From: Eledone cirrhosa
Taxonomy: Eukaryota
Assembly: GCA_964016885.1 (NCBI GenBank)
Contig: OZ024743.1
Coordinates: forward strand, 6,572,001 to 6,636,000
Reading direction: 5' to 3'
DNA: 64,000 bases
Below are positions 31,401 to 44,454 of this stretch, piece after piece; within the stretch, counting starts at the first letter, position 1; each line of letters opens with the position of its first letter. The position numbers were made by a program, and so were the translations under genes. The notes under the pieces are model-generated. The model saw only the letters and a program-made list of their open reading frames with translations. It did not search any database and had not been told where the DNA came from.

Positions 31401-34400
31401 TACATGACCACATTTACAATGTGTGATGAGTGCTTTTAACCATGACTCCTACATGACCACATTTACAGTGTGTGATGAGTGCTTTTAGCCATGACTCCTA
31501 CATGACCACATTTACAATGTGTGATGAGTGCTTTTAGCCATGACTCCTACATGACCACATTTACAATGTGTGATGAGTGCTTTTAACCATGACTCCTACA
31601 TGACCACATTTACAGTGTGTGATGAGTGCTTTTTGCCATGACTCCTACATGACCACATTTACAGTGTGTGATGAGTGCTTTTAGCCATGACTCCTACATG
31701 ACCACATTTACAGTGTGTGATGAGTGCTTTTAGCCATGACTCCTACATGACCACATTTACAATGTGTGATGAGTGCTTTTAGCCATGACTCCTACATGAC
31801 CACATTTACAGTGTGTGATGAGTGCTTTTAGCCATGACTCCTACATGACCACATTTACAATGTGTGATGAGTGCTTTTAGCCATGACTCCTACATGACCA
31901 CATTTACAATGTGTGATGAGTGCTTTTAGCCATGACTCCTACATGACCACATTTACAATGTGTGATGAGTGCTTTTAGCCATGACTCCTACATGACCACA
32001 TTTACAGTGTATGATGAGTGCTTTTAGCCATGACTCCTACATGACCACATTTACAGTGTGTGATGAGTGCTTTTAGCCATGACTCCTACATGACCACATT
32101 TACAGTGTGTGATGAGTGCTTTTAACCATGACTCCTACATGACCACATTTACAGTGTGTGATGAGTGCTTTTAGCCATGACTCCTACATGACCACATTTA
32201 CAGTGTGTGATGAGTGCTTTTAGCCATGACTCCTACATGACCACATTTACAGTGTGTGATGAGTGCTTTTAACCATGACTCCTACATGACCACATTTACA
32301 GTGTGTGATGAGTGCTTTTAGCCATGACTCCTACATGACCACATTTACAGTGTGTGATGAGTGATTTTAACCATGACTCCTACATGACCACATTTACAAT
32401 GTGTGATGAGTGCTTTTAGCCATGACTCCTACATGACCTCGTTTACAATGTGTGATGAGTGCTTTTAGCCATGACTCCTACATGACCACATTTACAGTGT
32501 GTGATGAGTGCTTTTAGCCGTGACTCCTACATGACCACGTTTACAGTGTGTGATGAGTGCTTTTAGCCATGACTCCTACATGACCACATTTACAATGTGT
32601 GATGAGTGCTTTTAGCCATGACTCCTCCATGACCACATTTACAGTGTGTGATGAATGCTTTTAGCCATGACTCCTACATGACCACATTTACAGTGTGTGA
32701 TGAGTGCTTTTAGCCATGACTCCTACATGACCACATTTATAATGTGGGATGAGTGCTTTTAGCCATGACTCCTACATGACCACATTTACAATGTGTGATG
32801 AGTGCTTTTAGCCATGACTCCTACATGACCACTTTACAGTGTGTGATGAGTGCTTTTAGCCATGACTCCTACATGACCACATTTACAGTGTGTGATGAGT
32901 GCTTTTAGCCATGACTCCTACATGACCACATTTACAGTGTGTGATGAGTGCTTTTAACCATGACTCCTACATGACCACATTTACAATGTGTGATGAGTGC
33001 TTTTAGCCATGACTCCTACATGACCACGTTTACAATGTGTGATGAGTGCTTTTAGCCATGATTCCTACATGACCACATTTACAGTGTCTGATGAGTGCTT
33101 TTAGCCGTGACTCCTACATGACCACGTTTACAGTGTGTGATGAGTGCTTTTAGCCATGACTCCTACATGACCACATTTACAATGTGTGATGAGTGCTTTT
33201 AGCCATGACTCCTCCATGACCACATTTACAGTGTGTGATGAGTGCTTTTAGCCATGACTCCTACATGACCACATTTATAATGTGGGATGAGTGCTTTTAG
33301 CCATGACTCCTACATGACCACATTTACAATGTGTGATGAGTGCTTTTAGCCATGACTCCTACATGACCACTTTACAGTGTGTGATGAGTGATTTTAGCCA
33401 TGACTCCTACATGACCATATTTACAATGTGGGATGAGTGCTTTTAGCCATGACTCCTACATGACCACATTTACAGTGTGTGATGAGTGCTTTTAGCCGTG
33501 ACTCATACATGACCACATTTACAGTGTGTGATGAGTGCTTTTAGCCATGACTCCTACATGACCACATTTACAATGTGTGATGAGTGCATTTAGCCATGAC
33601 TCCTACATGACCACATTTACAATGTGGGATGAGTGCCTTTAGCCATGACTCCTACATGACCACATTTACAATGTGTGTCGAGTGCTTTTAGCCATGACAC
33701 CTACATGACCACTTTACAGTGTGTGATGAGTGCTTTTAGCCATGACTCCTACATGACCACATTTACAATGTGGGATGAGGGCATTTAGCCATGACTCCTA
33801 CATGACCACATTTACAATGTGTGTCGAGTGCATTTAGCCATGACTCCTACATGACCACTTTTACAGTGTGTGATGAGTGCTTTTAGCCGTGACTCCTACA
33901 TGACCACGTTTACAGTGTGCGATGAGTGCTTTTGGCCATGACTCCTACATGACCACATTTACAATGTGTGATGAGTGCTTTTAGCCATGACTCCTCCATG
34001 ACCACATTTACAGTGTGTGATGAGTGCTTTTAGCCATGACTCCTACATGACCACATTTATAATGTGGGATGAGTGCTTTTAGCCATGACTCCTACATGAC
34101 CACATTTACAATGTGTGATGAGTGCTTTTAGCCATGACTCCTACATGACCACTTTACAGTGTGTGATGAGTGCTTTAGCCATGACTCCTACATGACCACA
34201 TTTACAATGTGGGATGAGTGCATTTAGCCATGACTCCTACATGAACACATTTACAATGTGTGTCGAGTGCATTTAGCCATGACTCCTACATGACCACTTT
34301 ACAGTGTGTGATGAGTGCTTTTAGCCATGACTCCTACATGACCACATTTACAATGTGTGATGAGTGCTTTTAGCCATGACTCCTACATGACCACTTTACA

Positions 34401-37400
34401 GTGTGTGATGAGTGCTTTTAGCCATGACTCCTACATGACCACATTTACAATGTGTGATGAGTGCTTTTAGCCATGACTCCTACATGACCACTTTACAGTG
34501 TGTGATGAGTGCTTTTAGCCATGACTCCTACATGACCACTTTACAGTGTGTGATGAGTGCTTTTAGCCATGACTCCTACATGACCACTTTACAGTGTGTG
34601 ATGGGTGCTTTTAACCATGACTCCTACATGACCACATTTACAGTGTGTGATGAGTGCTTTTAGCCATAACTCCTACATGACCACTTTACAGTGTGTGATG
34701 AGTGCTTTTAGCCATGACTCCTACATGACCACTTTACAGTGTGTGATGAGTGCTTTTAGCCATGACTCCTACATGACCACATTTACAATGTGTGATGAGT
34801 GCTTTTAGCCATGACTCCTACATGACCACTTTACAGTGTGTGATGAGTGCTTTTAGCCATGACTCCTACATGATCACTTTACAATGTGTGATGAGTTCTT
34901 TTAGCCATGACTCCTACATGACCACTTTACAATGTGTGATGAGTGCTTTTAGCCATGACTCCTACATGACCACTTTACAATGTGTGATGAGTGCTTTTAG
35001 CCATGACTCCTACATGACCACTTTACAGTGTGTGATGAGTGCTTTTAGCCATGACTCCTACATGACCACTTTACAATGTGTGATGAGTGCTTTTAGCCAT
35101 GACTCCTACATGACCACTTTACAGTGTGTGATGAGTGCTTTTAGCCATGACTCCTACATGACCACATTTACAATGTGTGATGAGTGCTTTTAGCCATGAC
35201 TCCTACATGACCACTTTACAGTGTGTGATGAGTGCTTTTAGCCATGACTCCTACATGACCACTTTACAATGTGTGATGAGTGCTTTTAGCCATGACTCCT
35301 ACATGACCACTTTACAGTGTGTGATGAGTGCTTTTAGCCATGACTCCTACATGACCACATTTACAATGTGTGATGAGTGCTTTTTGCCATGACTCCTACA
35401 TGACCACTTTACAGTGTGTGATGAGTGCTTTTAGCCATGACTCCTACATGACCACTTTACAGTGTGTGATGAGTGCTTTTAGCCATGACTCCTACATGAC
35501 CACTTTACAGTGTGTGATGAGTGCTTTTAGCCATAACTCCTACATGACCACTTTACAGTGTGTGATGAGTGCTTTTAGCCATGACTCCTACATGACCACT
35601 TTACAGTGTGTGATGAGTGCTTTTAGCCATGACTCCTACATGACCACTTTACAGTGTGTGATGAGTGCTTTTAGCCATGACTCCTACATGACCACATTTA
35701 CAGTGTGTGATGAGTGCTTTTAGCCGTGACTCCTACATGACCACATTTACAACGTGTGATGAGTGCTTTTAGCCATGACTCCTACATGACCACATTTACA
35801 ATGTGTGATGAGTGCTTTTAGCCATGACTCCTACATGACCACATTTACAATGTGTGATGAGTGTTTTTAGCCATGACTCCTACATGACCACTTTACAGTG
35901 TGTGATGAGTGCTTTTAGCCATGACTCCTACATGACCACATTTACAATGTGTGATGAGTGCTTTTAGCCATGACTCCTACATGACCACATTTACAGTGTG
36001 TGATGAGTGCTTTTAGCCGTGACTCCTACATGACCACATTTACAATGTGTGATGAGTGCTTTTAGCCATGACTCCTACATGACCACTTTTACAGTGTGTG
36101 ATGAGTGCTTTTAGCCATGACTCCTACATGACCACTTTTACAGTGTGTGATGAGTGCTTTTAGCCATGACTCCTACATGACCACTTTTACAGTGTGTGAT
36201 GAGTGCTTTTAGCCATGACTCCTACATGACCACTTTACAATGTGTGATGAGTGCTTTTAGCCATGACTCCTACATGACCACTTTACAATGTGTGATGAGT
36301 GCTTTTAGCCATGACTCCTACATGACCACTTTACAGTGTGTGATGAGTGCTTTTAGCCATGACTCCTACATGACCACTTTACAATGTGTGATGAGTGCTT
36401 TTAGCCATGACTCCTACATGACCACTTTACAGTGTGTAATAGTGCTTTTAGCCATGACTCCTACATGACCACATTTACAATGTGTGATGAGTGCTTTTTG
36501 CCATGACTCCTACATGACCACTTTACAGTGTGTGATGAGTTCTTTTAGCCATGACTCCTACATGACCACTTTACAGTGTGTGATGAGTGCTTTTAGCCAT
36601 GACTCCTACATGACCACTTTACAGTGTGTGATGAGTGCTTTTATCCATAACTCCTATATGACCACTTTACAGTGTGTGATGAGTGCTTTTAGCCATGACT
36701 CCTACATGACCACTTTACAGTGTGTGATGAGTGCTTTTAGCCATGACTCCTACATGACCACATTTACAGTGTGTGATGAGTGCTTTTAGCCGTGACTCCT
36801 ACATGACCACATTTACAATGTGTGATGAGTGCTTTTAGCCATGACTCCTACATGACCACTTTACAGTGTGTGATGAGTGCTTTTAGCCATGACTCCTACA
36901 TGACCACTTTACAGTGTGTGATGACTGCTTTTAGCCATAACTCCTACATGACCACTTTACAGTGTGTGATGAGTGCTTTTAGCCATGACTCCTACATGAC
37001 CACTTTACAGTGTGTGATGAGTGCTTTTAGCCATGACTCCTACATGACCACTTTACAGTGTGTGATGAGTGCTTTTAGCCATGACTCCTACATGACCACA
37101 TTTACAGTGTGTGATGAGTGCTTTTAGCCGTGACTCCTACATGACCACATTTACAATGTGGGATGAGTGCTTTTAGCCATGACTCCTACATGACCACTTT
37201 ACAGTGTGTGATGAGTGCTTTTAGCCATGACTCCTACATGACCACTTTACAATGTGTGATGAGTGCTTTTAGCCATGACTCCTACATGACCACTTTACAA
37301 TGTGTGATGAGTGCTTTTAGCCATGACTCCTACATGACCACTTTACAATGTGTGATGAGTGCTTTTAGCCATGACTCCTACATGACCACTTTACAGTGTG

Positions 37401-40400
37401 TGATGAGTGCTTTTAGCCATGACTCCTACATGACCACTTTACAATGTGTGATGAGTGCTTTTAGCCATGACTCCTACATGACCACTTTACAGTATGTGAT
37501 GAGTGCTTTTAGCCATGACTCCTACATGACCACATTTACAATGTGTGATGAGTGCTTTTTGCCATGACTCCTACATGACCACTTTACAGTGTGTGATGAG
37601 TGCTTTTAGCCATGACCACTTTACAGTGTGTGATGAGTGCTTTTAGCCATGACTCCTACATGACCACTTTACAGTGTGTGATGAGTGCTTTTAGCCATAA
37701 CTCCTACATGACCACTTTACAGTGTGTGATGAGTGCTTTTAGCCATGACTCCTACATGACCACTTTACAGTGTGTGATGAGTGCTTTTAGTCATGACTCC
37801 TACATGACCACTTTACAGTGTGTGATGAGTGCTTTTAGCCATGACTCCTACATGACCACATTTACAATGTGTGATGAGTGTTTTTAGCCATGACTCCTAC
37901 ATGACCACTTTACAGTGTGTGATGAGTGCTTTTAGCCATGACTCCTACATGACCACATTTACAATGTGTGATGAGTGCTTTTAGCCATGACTCCTACATG
38001 ACCACATTTACAGTGTGTGATGAGTGCTTTTAGCCGTGACTCCTACATGACCACATTTACAATGTGTGATGAGTGCTTTTAGCCATGACTCCTACATGAC
38101 CACTTTTACAGTGTGTGATGAGTGCTTTTAGCCATGACTCCTACATGACCACTTTTACAGTGTGTGATGAGTGCTTTTAGCCATGACTCCTACATGACCA
38201 CATTTACAATGTGTGATGAGTGTTTTTAGCCATGACTCCTACATGACCACATTTACAATGTGTGATGAGTGCTTTTAGCCATGACTCCTACATGACCACA
38301 TTTACAATGTGTGATGAGTGCTTTTAGCCATGACTCCTACATGACCACATTTACAATGTGTGATGAGTGTTTTTAGCCATGACTCCTACATGACCACATT
38401 TACAATGTGTGATGAGTGCTTTTAGCCATGACTCCTACATGACCACTTTACAGTGTGTGATGAGTGCTTTTAGCCATGACTCCTACATGACCACTTTACA
38501 ATGTGTGATGAGTGCTTTTAGCCATGACTCCTACATGACCACTTTTACAATGTGTGATGAGTGCTTTTAGCCATGACTCCTAAATGACCACTTTTACAGT
38601 GTGTGATGAGTGCTTTTAGCCATGACTCCTACATGATCACATTTACAGTGTGTGATGAGTGTTTTTAGCCATGACTCCTACATGACCACATTTACAGTGT
38701 GTGATGAGTGCTTTTAGCCATGACTCCTACATGACCACATTTACAGTGTGTGATGAGTGCTTTTAGCCATGACTCCTACATGACCACATTTACAATGTGT
38801 GATGAGTGCTTTTAGCCATGACTCCTACATGACCACTTTACAATGTGTGATGAGTGCTTTTAGCCATGACTCCTACATGACCACATTTACAGTGTGTGAT
38901 GAGTGCTTTTAGCCATGACTCCTACATGACCACATTTACAATGTGTGATGAGTGCTTTTAGCCATGACTCCTACATGACCACTTTACAATGTGTGATGAG
39001 TGCTTTTAGCCATGACTCCTACATGACCACATTTACAATGTGTGATGAGTGCTTTTAGCCATGACTCCTACATGACCACATTTACAATGTGTGATGAGTG
39101 CTTTTAGCCATGACTCCTACATGACCACATTTACAATGTGTGATGAGTGTTTTTAGCCATGACTCCTACAGGACCACATTTACAGTGTGTGATGAGTGCT
39201 TTTAGCCATGACTCCTACATGACCACATTTACAATGTGTGATGAGTGCTTTTAGCCATGACTCCTACATGACCACATTTACAATGTGTGATGAGTGTTTT
39301 TAGCCATGACTCCTACATGACCACATTTACAATGTGTGATGAGTGCTTTTAGCCATGACTCCTACATGACCACATTTACAATGTGTGATGAGTGCTTTTA
39401 GCCATGACTCCTACATGACCACATTTACAATGTGTGATGAGTGCTTTTAGCCATGACTCCTACATGACCACTTTACAATGTGTGATGAGTGCTTTTAGCC
39501 ATGACTCCTACATGACCACATTTACAATGTGTGATGAGTGCTTTTAGCCATGACTCCTACATGACCACATTTACAATGTGTGATGAGTGCTTTTAGCCAT
39601 GACTCCTACATGACCACATTTACAATGTGTGATGAGTGCTTTTAGCCATAACTCCTACATGACCACATTTACAATGTGTGATGAGTGCTTTTAGCCATGA
39701 CTCCTACATGACCACATTTACAGTGTGTGATGAGTGCTTTTAGCCATGACTCCTACATGACCACTTTACAATGTGTGATGAGTGCTTTTAGCCATGACTC
39801 CTACATGACCACTTTACAGTGTGTGATGAGTGCTTTTAGCCATGACTCCTACATGACCACTTTACAATGTGTGATGAGTGCTTTTAGCCATGACTCCTAC
39901 ATGACCACTTTACAATGTGTGATGAGTGCTTTTAGCCATGACTCCTACATGACCACTTTACAGTGTGTGATGAGTGGTTTTAGCCATGACTCATACATGA
40001 CCACATTTACAGTGTGTGATGAGTGTTTTTAGCCATGACTCCTACATGACCACATTTACAGTGTGTGATGAGTGTTTTTAGCCATGACTCATACATGACC
40101 ACATTTACAATGTGTGATGAGTGCTTTTAGCCATGACTCCTACATGACCACATTTACAGTGTGTGATGAGTGCTTTTAGCCATGACTCATACATGACCAC
40201 ATTTACAATGTGTGATGAGTGGTTTTAGCCATGATTCCTACATGACCACATTTACAGTGTATGATGAGTGGTTTTAGCCATGATTCCTACATGACCACAT
40301 TTACAGTGTGTGATGAGTGCTTTTAGCCATGACTCCTACATGACCACATTTACAGTGTGTGATGAGTGCTTTTAGCCATGACTCCTACATGACCACATTT

Positions 40401-40698
40401 ACAGTGTGTGATGAGTGCTTTTAGCCATGACTCCTACATGACCACATTTACAGTGTGTGATGAGTGGTTTTAGCCATGACTCCTACATGACCACTTTACA
40501 ATGTGTGATGAGTGCTTTTAGCCATGACTCCTACATGACCACATTTACAGTGTGTGATGAGTGGTTTTAGCCATGACTCCTACATGACCACTTTACAATG
40601 TGTGATGAGTGCTTTTAGCCATGACTCCTACATGACCACTTTACAATGTGTGATGAGTGCTTTTAGCCATGACTCCTACATGACCACTTTACAGTGTG

Positions 40699-41490
40699 AG
40701 CTGGATATATTTTGTTCACGGTGTAAGGGTGGTGTGGACAGGAGTGGGCATAGTGGTTAAGAGGTGCCTACTAGATGTGTATTTATGTCTGTGCTCATGT
40801 GAAGGCATGTCTTCTGTATTACTGTGTATCACCAATAATCTCATTCCTGTGTCATTGTCTTTGAGAGGTTCTGTTTCCATAGTTGGAACTTTATTTTCTA
40901 GCTCTTTAATGGATTTGGCTATAATCTGCATAGAGAAGTTCCTATTGACAGCTGGTCTTAAACTCATCTGTTATAGCCTTGAGGACTATAATTAATAGTA
41001 GTGGGTTAAGAACTGAACTCTGATAGACTCCTACCTGTGCCTTGAATTCCTCACTAAACTCACTTCCTACCCTCTGGCATGCACTGCTTTCACCAGCTAT
41101 TCTTCTACACCTAATTTAAGGACCACCAGATAATAGATCGAAGAACTCTGTCAAAGACATTTTCTAGATCAACGAAAGCTATACATAGCAGCTTATTTTT
41201 GGCTAGTAACTTCAATTGTAGTTGCCTCACTAAAAAGAGGGCATCTGTAGTACTTTTCCCAGGCATGAAACCAAACCACATCTCATTTAATTTTACTCTT
41301 CCTCTAATTAGCTGTGCTATAACTCTTTCCATCACTTTCATAACTTGGTCCATTAGTTGCTCCTTCTAGAGCATCACCTTTGCCCTTGTAGCAATTTATG
41401 ATTGTGCTGCTGTGCCAATCATTGGGTATGACACCATCCTTTATTACCTGAGACTATGCAGATTATTAGTTTGACTCCTACTTCTCCCAA
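40699..41490 (-). mobile_element. Decayed, internally deleted RTE-clade LINE whose 3' UTR runs into the satellite
   Basis: ORF 41111-41353 (DQVMKV..QLIR..FGFMPGKSTTDALFLVRQLQ..AFVDLE..FDRV) matches the RT of the other RTE copies. 40808-40868 aligns with 58627-58687, the ORF C-terminus of RTE copy B. Confidence 0.9.
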
Positions 41491-41544
41491 TGCACAGCCA
41501 TACACAGGTTGAAAATCTGTTAGGTGAAATGCGCATTCTCTCTC

Positions 41545-41700
41545 TCCCTTACATTTCTTCTCTCTCACTTTCTATCCTTCTCTGGAAGAAATTTGCTGTA
41601 CTCAGGCCTGGAGAAGGATGGGCTCCTCTGGATTTAAAATGTGCCAGAAACACTGTATAACAATACAGCACCCCAATGATTCCATCAGGAGTAATGGTAC
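41545..41700 (+). repeat. Dispersed repeat of unknown class; reverse-complement copy at ~53430-53567
   Basis: CTTTCTATCCTTCTCTGGAAGAAATTTGCTGTACTCAGGCCTGGAGAAGGATGGGCTC resembles the reverse complement of GAGCTCATCCCTCTCCAGGTCTGAGTACAGCAGATTTTTCTAGAAAAGATAGAAAG. Confidence 0.75.
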
Positions 41701-42131
41701 TATACCATAATGTTATTTTTTCACAGAGAGTAAACACTCCATTTTAAATATAGTATCTTTGGACATTCTTTTGTCAAGATAAAATTACAAATTAGAACAA
41801 GACATTGGATTTTAAATATACACACCTTAAATATTCTCATCATTAAACATGGAGAGGCAGCTTACTAAAAGAATACTGCATTGAAAAAACTAAACAGCAT
41901 ATTATTGATACTAATTGAAGAATATTGATTCTAATAAAGCATAAAGACTTTCAATATTTTTTAGTTTATTCCACATATAGAGGATTTTGACTAAATTCAA
42001 TTGGCTGAAACTATTTATGATGTTCTGTTCAAATCCATAGTTTATATTAAGTAGATAGAACATGCATTTTGGAGTTACAAACGTTTTCAAATGTTCAAAA
42101 TTACCTAATATTTTCCAAATTATATTTACAG

Positions 42132-42216
42132 ATCAATTTAACAAAGAGAAAAACATTCGTTCATTTATAATATTGAATCCTTCAGCTAATTGTCGACTGA
42201 AACATGGCGATCTCGT
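42132..42216 (+). CDS. KCNT: Internal (penultimate) coding exon of a Slo2/KCNT-like potassium channel
   Basis: Acceptor ttatatttacAG and donor GTAAGT flank 85 bp that read xQFNKEKNIRSFIILNPSANCRLKHGDL(V). This resembles, from recall, the Slo2/KCNT C-terminal motif SYV(I/L)INP...L..xD(I/L)(I/V)YL(I/V)R. Confidence 0.75.
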
Positions 42217-42719
42217 GTAAGTATGACAAATTTGCCTTGAATTAAGCAAAATGGTTACTTAAATTATATACAATAATTGGATGAGAAAACTGATCATTTA
42301 ACACAACTTTAGAATGAATTAGCTTATTCAACTTTATCAATATTTCTTATTTTCTGATAATCAATTTAGCTATTCTAGAATAACAAAATATTTTTCAAAT
42401 ATTTATGTCTGAGAAAGCAATATATGAATAAGGAAGAAAAGAGATAGCTCAAGATAAACTTATAAAGCAGCAATCTGTTTCTGTGTTAACATATATCCTT
42501 CCTTCTTGGATATGAAATACTAAATTAAGATTTAGTATTTCACATTACTGACTTGAAATCTTATTGAATTATTTTTCAGATTTTCTATGATAAACAAAAT
42601 GTTGCGATGAAGTAAAAATGATAAATTAGTGTATGCTATGTGAATGGAATTTAAGTGAGGAAAAGTATGCAGAAGCTTATTTGTCTATATACATGCTTAT
42701 GCGAATCACAATTATCATC

Positions 42720-42850
42720 CATTCTTTCATGTTTGCTTGTGTTGGACAGATTATCACAGTGAATTCTTATTCAGATAAGTGGGATGACCATATCTCACTA
42801 ATGTCTGACATGGCTTCTACAGCTGGATGCCCTTCTGAACTCCAGCCAAA
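42720..42850 (-). mobile_element. Degenerate RTE-type 3' tail fragment
   Basis: TTCTACAGCTGGATGCCCTTC motif shared with 58432-58452 and 43533-43553. Confidence 0.6.
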
Positions 42851-42972
42851 GTGTATTGAGTGCATTTTGCCATGGCACCATTACTAGAGAAACTGTTACA
42901 GTATGCTTGACATTCATACATACATACATACATTCATACACACATATATACATTCATACATATATACATATA

Positions 42973-43050
42973 AGCACCAGGCTTGCAATCATGAAGTTGT
43001 GAGTTCAAATCCTGGACCAAGCTATTTGTTGTGTTCTTGAGCAAGACACA
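42973..43050 (+). mobile_element. Truncated tRNA-derived SINE head/CORE-like fragment after an (ATAC)n microsatellite
   Basis: AGCACCAGGCTTGCAATC..GAGTTCAAATCC (B box)..TTCTTGAGCAAGACAC matches 47544-47620. Confidence 0.75.
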
Positions 43051-43406
43051 TATGTGTATGCATCACAAAGTTCCCAAACCAGACCTTAAAGAAACTAGAC
43101 CAGTACTCCAGTAAATAATGCATTTCCTATATTATTTATATTCAAGCACCATTTCTTTTACAGTAGTCCCTTGAGAACATATGCAGCAATCCCAGTGTAA
43201 AGCATTTTTCAGTACTATTTATTTTAAAATTGAAATGTTAATTCAGTTATAATTCTTTTAAAGAGAATTTTACTTTCTTTTTTTATTCCATCCTATATTT
43301 TCTCATAAGTGTTAATAATCATGTAAGATAATTTGGTTTTCTTGTAAGTTATCTATTGAGATATTGTTTGTACTTACCTTCAAGTAGTAGTCTATATCTT
43401 TCTTGT

Positions 43407-43751
43407 TACATCATCATCTTTGTTTAATGTACATGTTTCCATGCTGGCATGGGTTAGACAAGTTATCCTATTATGAACAGTGCCAGGTCAGGTGACCATG
43501 TCTCGCTCGTACAGAATCGATTTTGGCTTGGTTTCTACAGCTGGATGCCTTTCCTAGTGCCAGCCTCATTTACTGTAAGTACTGGGGGACTCCTACACAA
43601 CCACTTTACAGTGAGTACTAGGTGCTTTTTGTCGTGACGCTTACACAATCACTTTTAATGTGGACTGGGTGCTTTTTGTCGTGAACCCTACACGACCACT
43701 TTAAAGTGAGTACTGGGTGCTTTTTGCCGTGTCACCATCACAACCACTTTA
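43407..43751 (-). mobile_element. 5'-truncated RTE-type tail insertion carrying 3-4 satellite-like 48-bp units, flanked by a ~105-bp direct repeat
   Basis: (CAT)n tail at 43409 and TTTCTACAGCTGGATGCC motif. (C/T)CACTTT recurs at 43601, 43649, 43696 and 43744. Flanks 43302-43406 and 43752-43857 are near-identical. Confidence 0.85.
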
Positions 43752-44030
43752 CTCATAAGTATTAATCATCATGTAAGATATTTTTGGTTTTCTTGTAAGT
43801 TATCTATTGAGATATTGATTGCACTTACCTTCAAGTAGTAGACTCTGTCTTTCTTGTAATGTGTTTCCACTACTACACTGATCCAATGACATAAATAACC
43901 AGCAAAGTATTATTTCATCAAACATTACAAAACTATTTTTATTGAAGTATCTATAACACTTCAATTTAAAAGTTACAGGAGGTTTACTAGATTTGAAAAC
44001 AATATCACTTTAATATTAATACACACATAT

Positions 44031-44392
44031 GGAGGCACATGGCTTAGTGGTTAGAGCATTGGCCTGGCAATCGAAAGGTTGTGAGTTCAATTCTCAGACC
44101 GGGAGATGTGTTGTTTCCTTGAGCAAGACACTTTATTTCACATTGTTCCAGTTTACTCAGCTGTAGAAATGAGATGGTAGGGACTGGGGTCCCTATCATT
44201 CCACGGCAAAAAAGCACCCAGCCCACACTGTAAAGTAGACGTGTAGGTACCACAGCAAAAAAAGCACCCAGCACTCACTGTAAATGAGGTTGGTGTTAGG
44301 AAGGGCATCCAGCTGTAGAAATCAAGCCTGAATCAGTTCCTGTCCCACCCTTGCAAGCAGGGAAAAAGCGGACGTAAAATGATGATGATGAT
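44031..44392 (+). mobile_element. Full-length tRNA-derived SINE with CORE-like body and RTE-type tail ending in (GAT)n
   Basis: A box TGGCTTAGTGG, B box GAGTTCAATTC, and CCTTGAGCAAGACACTT..CAGCTGTAGAAATGAG. The last ~50 nt match the 3' end of RTE copy A. Confidence 0.88.
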
Positions 44393-44454
44393 AAATGTAT
44401 TTATTTCAAAATATAGTCATAAATACTGACATGGATTCAGAATTTTCCTCTTAA

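Larger units (their letters stand above)
1..40698. repeat. 48/49-bp tandem satellite array, consensus TGTGTGATGAGTGCTTTTAGCCATGACTCCTACATGACCAC(A)TTTACAR; about 830-840 monomers, continues past the left edge
   Basis: Uninterrupted head-to-tail monomers read directly. Length variants are CCACTTTAC (48 bp) and CCACATTTAC/CCACTTTTAC/CCACATTAAC (49 bp). The array ends at ...ACAGTGTG|AGCTGG. Copy number is length divided by ~48.6. Confidence 0.99.

Noticed and set aside
1-40698. CRISPR array
   Set aside because: Monomers are contiguous with no unique spacers, there are no cas genes, and the context is eukaryotic.
1-40698. Hammerhead-ribozyme satellite (TGATGAG in each monomer)
   Set aside because: The motif is GTGATGA rather than CTGATGA, and the monomer has no GAAA on either strand.
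1-40698. Recursive splice sites or AP-1 site array in the satellite
   Set aside because: TTTACAG and TTTTAG are followed by TG or CC, not GT. TGACTCC is only a near match, and the perfect TGACTCA occurs in a few monomers only.
1-40698. Centromere or telomere assignment
   Set aside because: There is no telomeric repeat. HOR structure alone does not show centromere function, and the array appears intronic.
2009-40760. Repetitive ORFs encoding (MSAFSHDSYMTTLQCV)n
   Set aside because: They arise whenever 48-bp monomers run consecutively and are broken by every 49-bp monomer. There is no sign of frame preservation.
44031-44105. tRNA gene (also 47521-47590 and 51166-51250)
   Set aside because: A/B boxes are present, but I see no complete cloverleaf and each continues into a SINE body.
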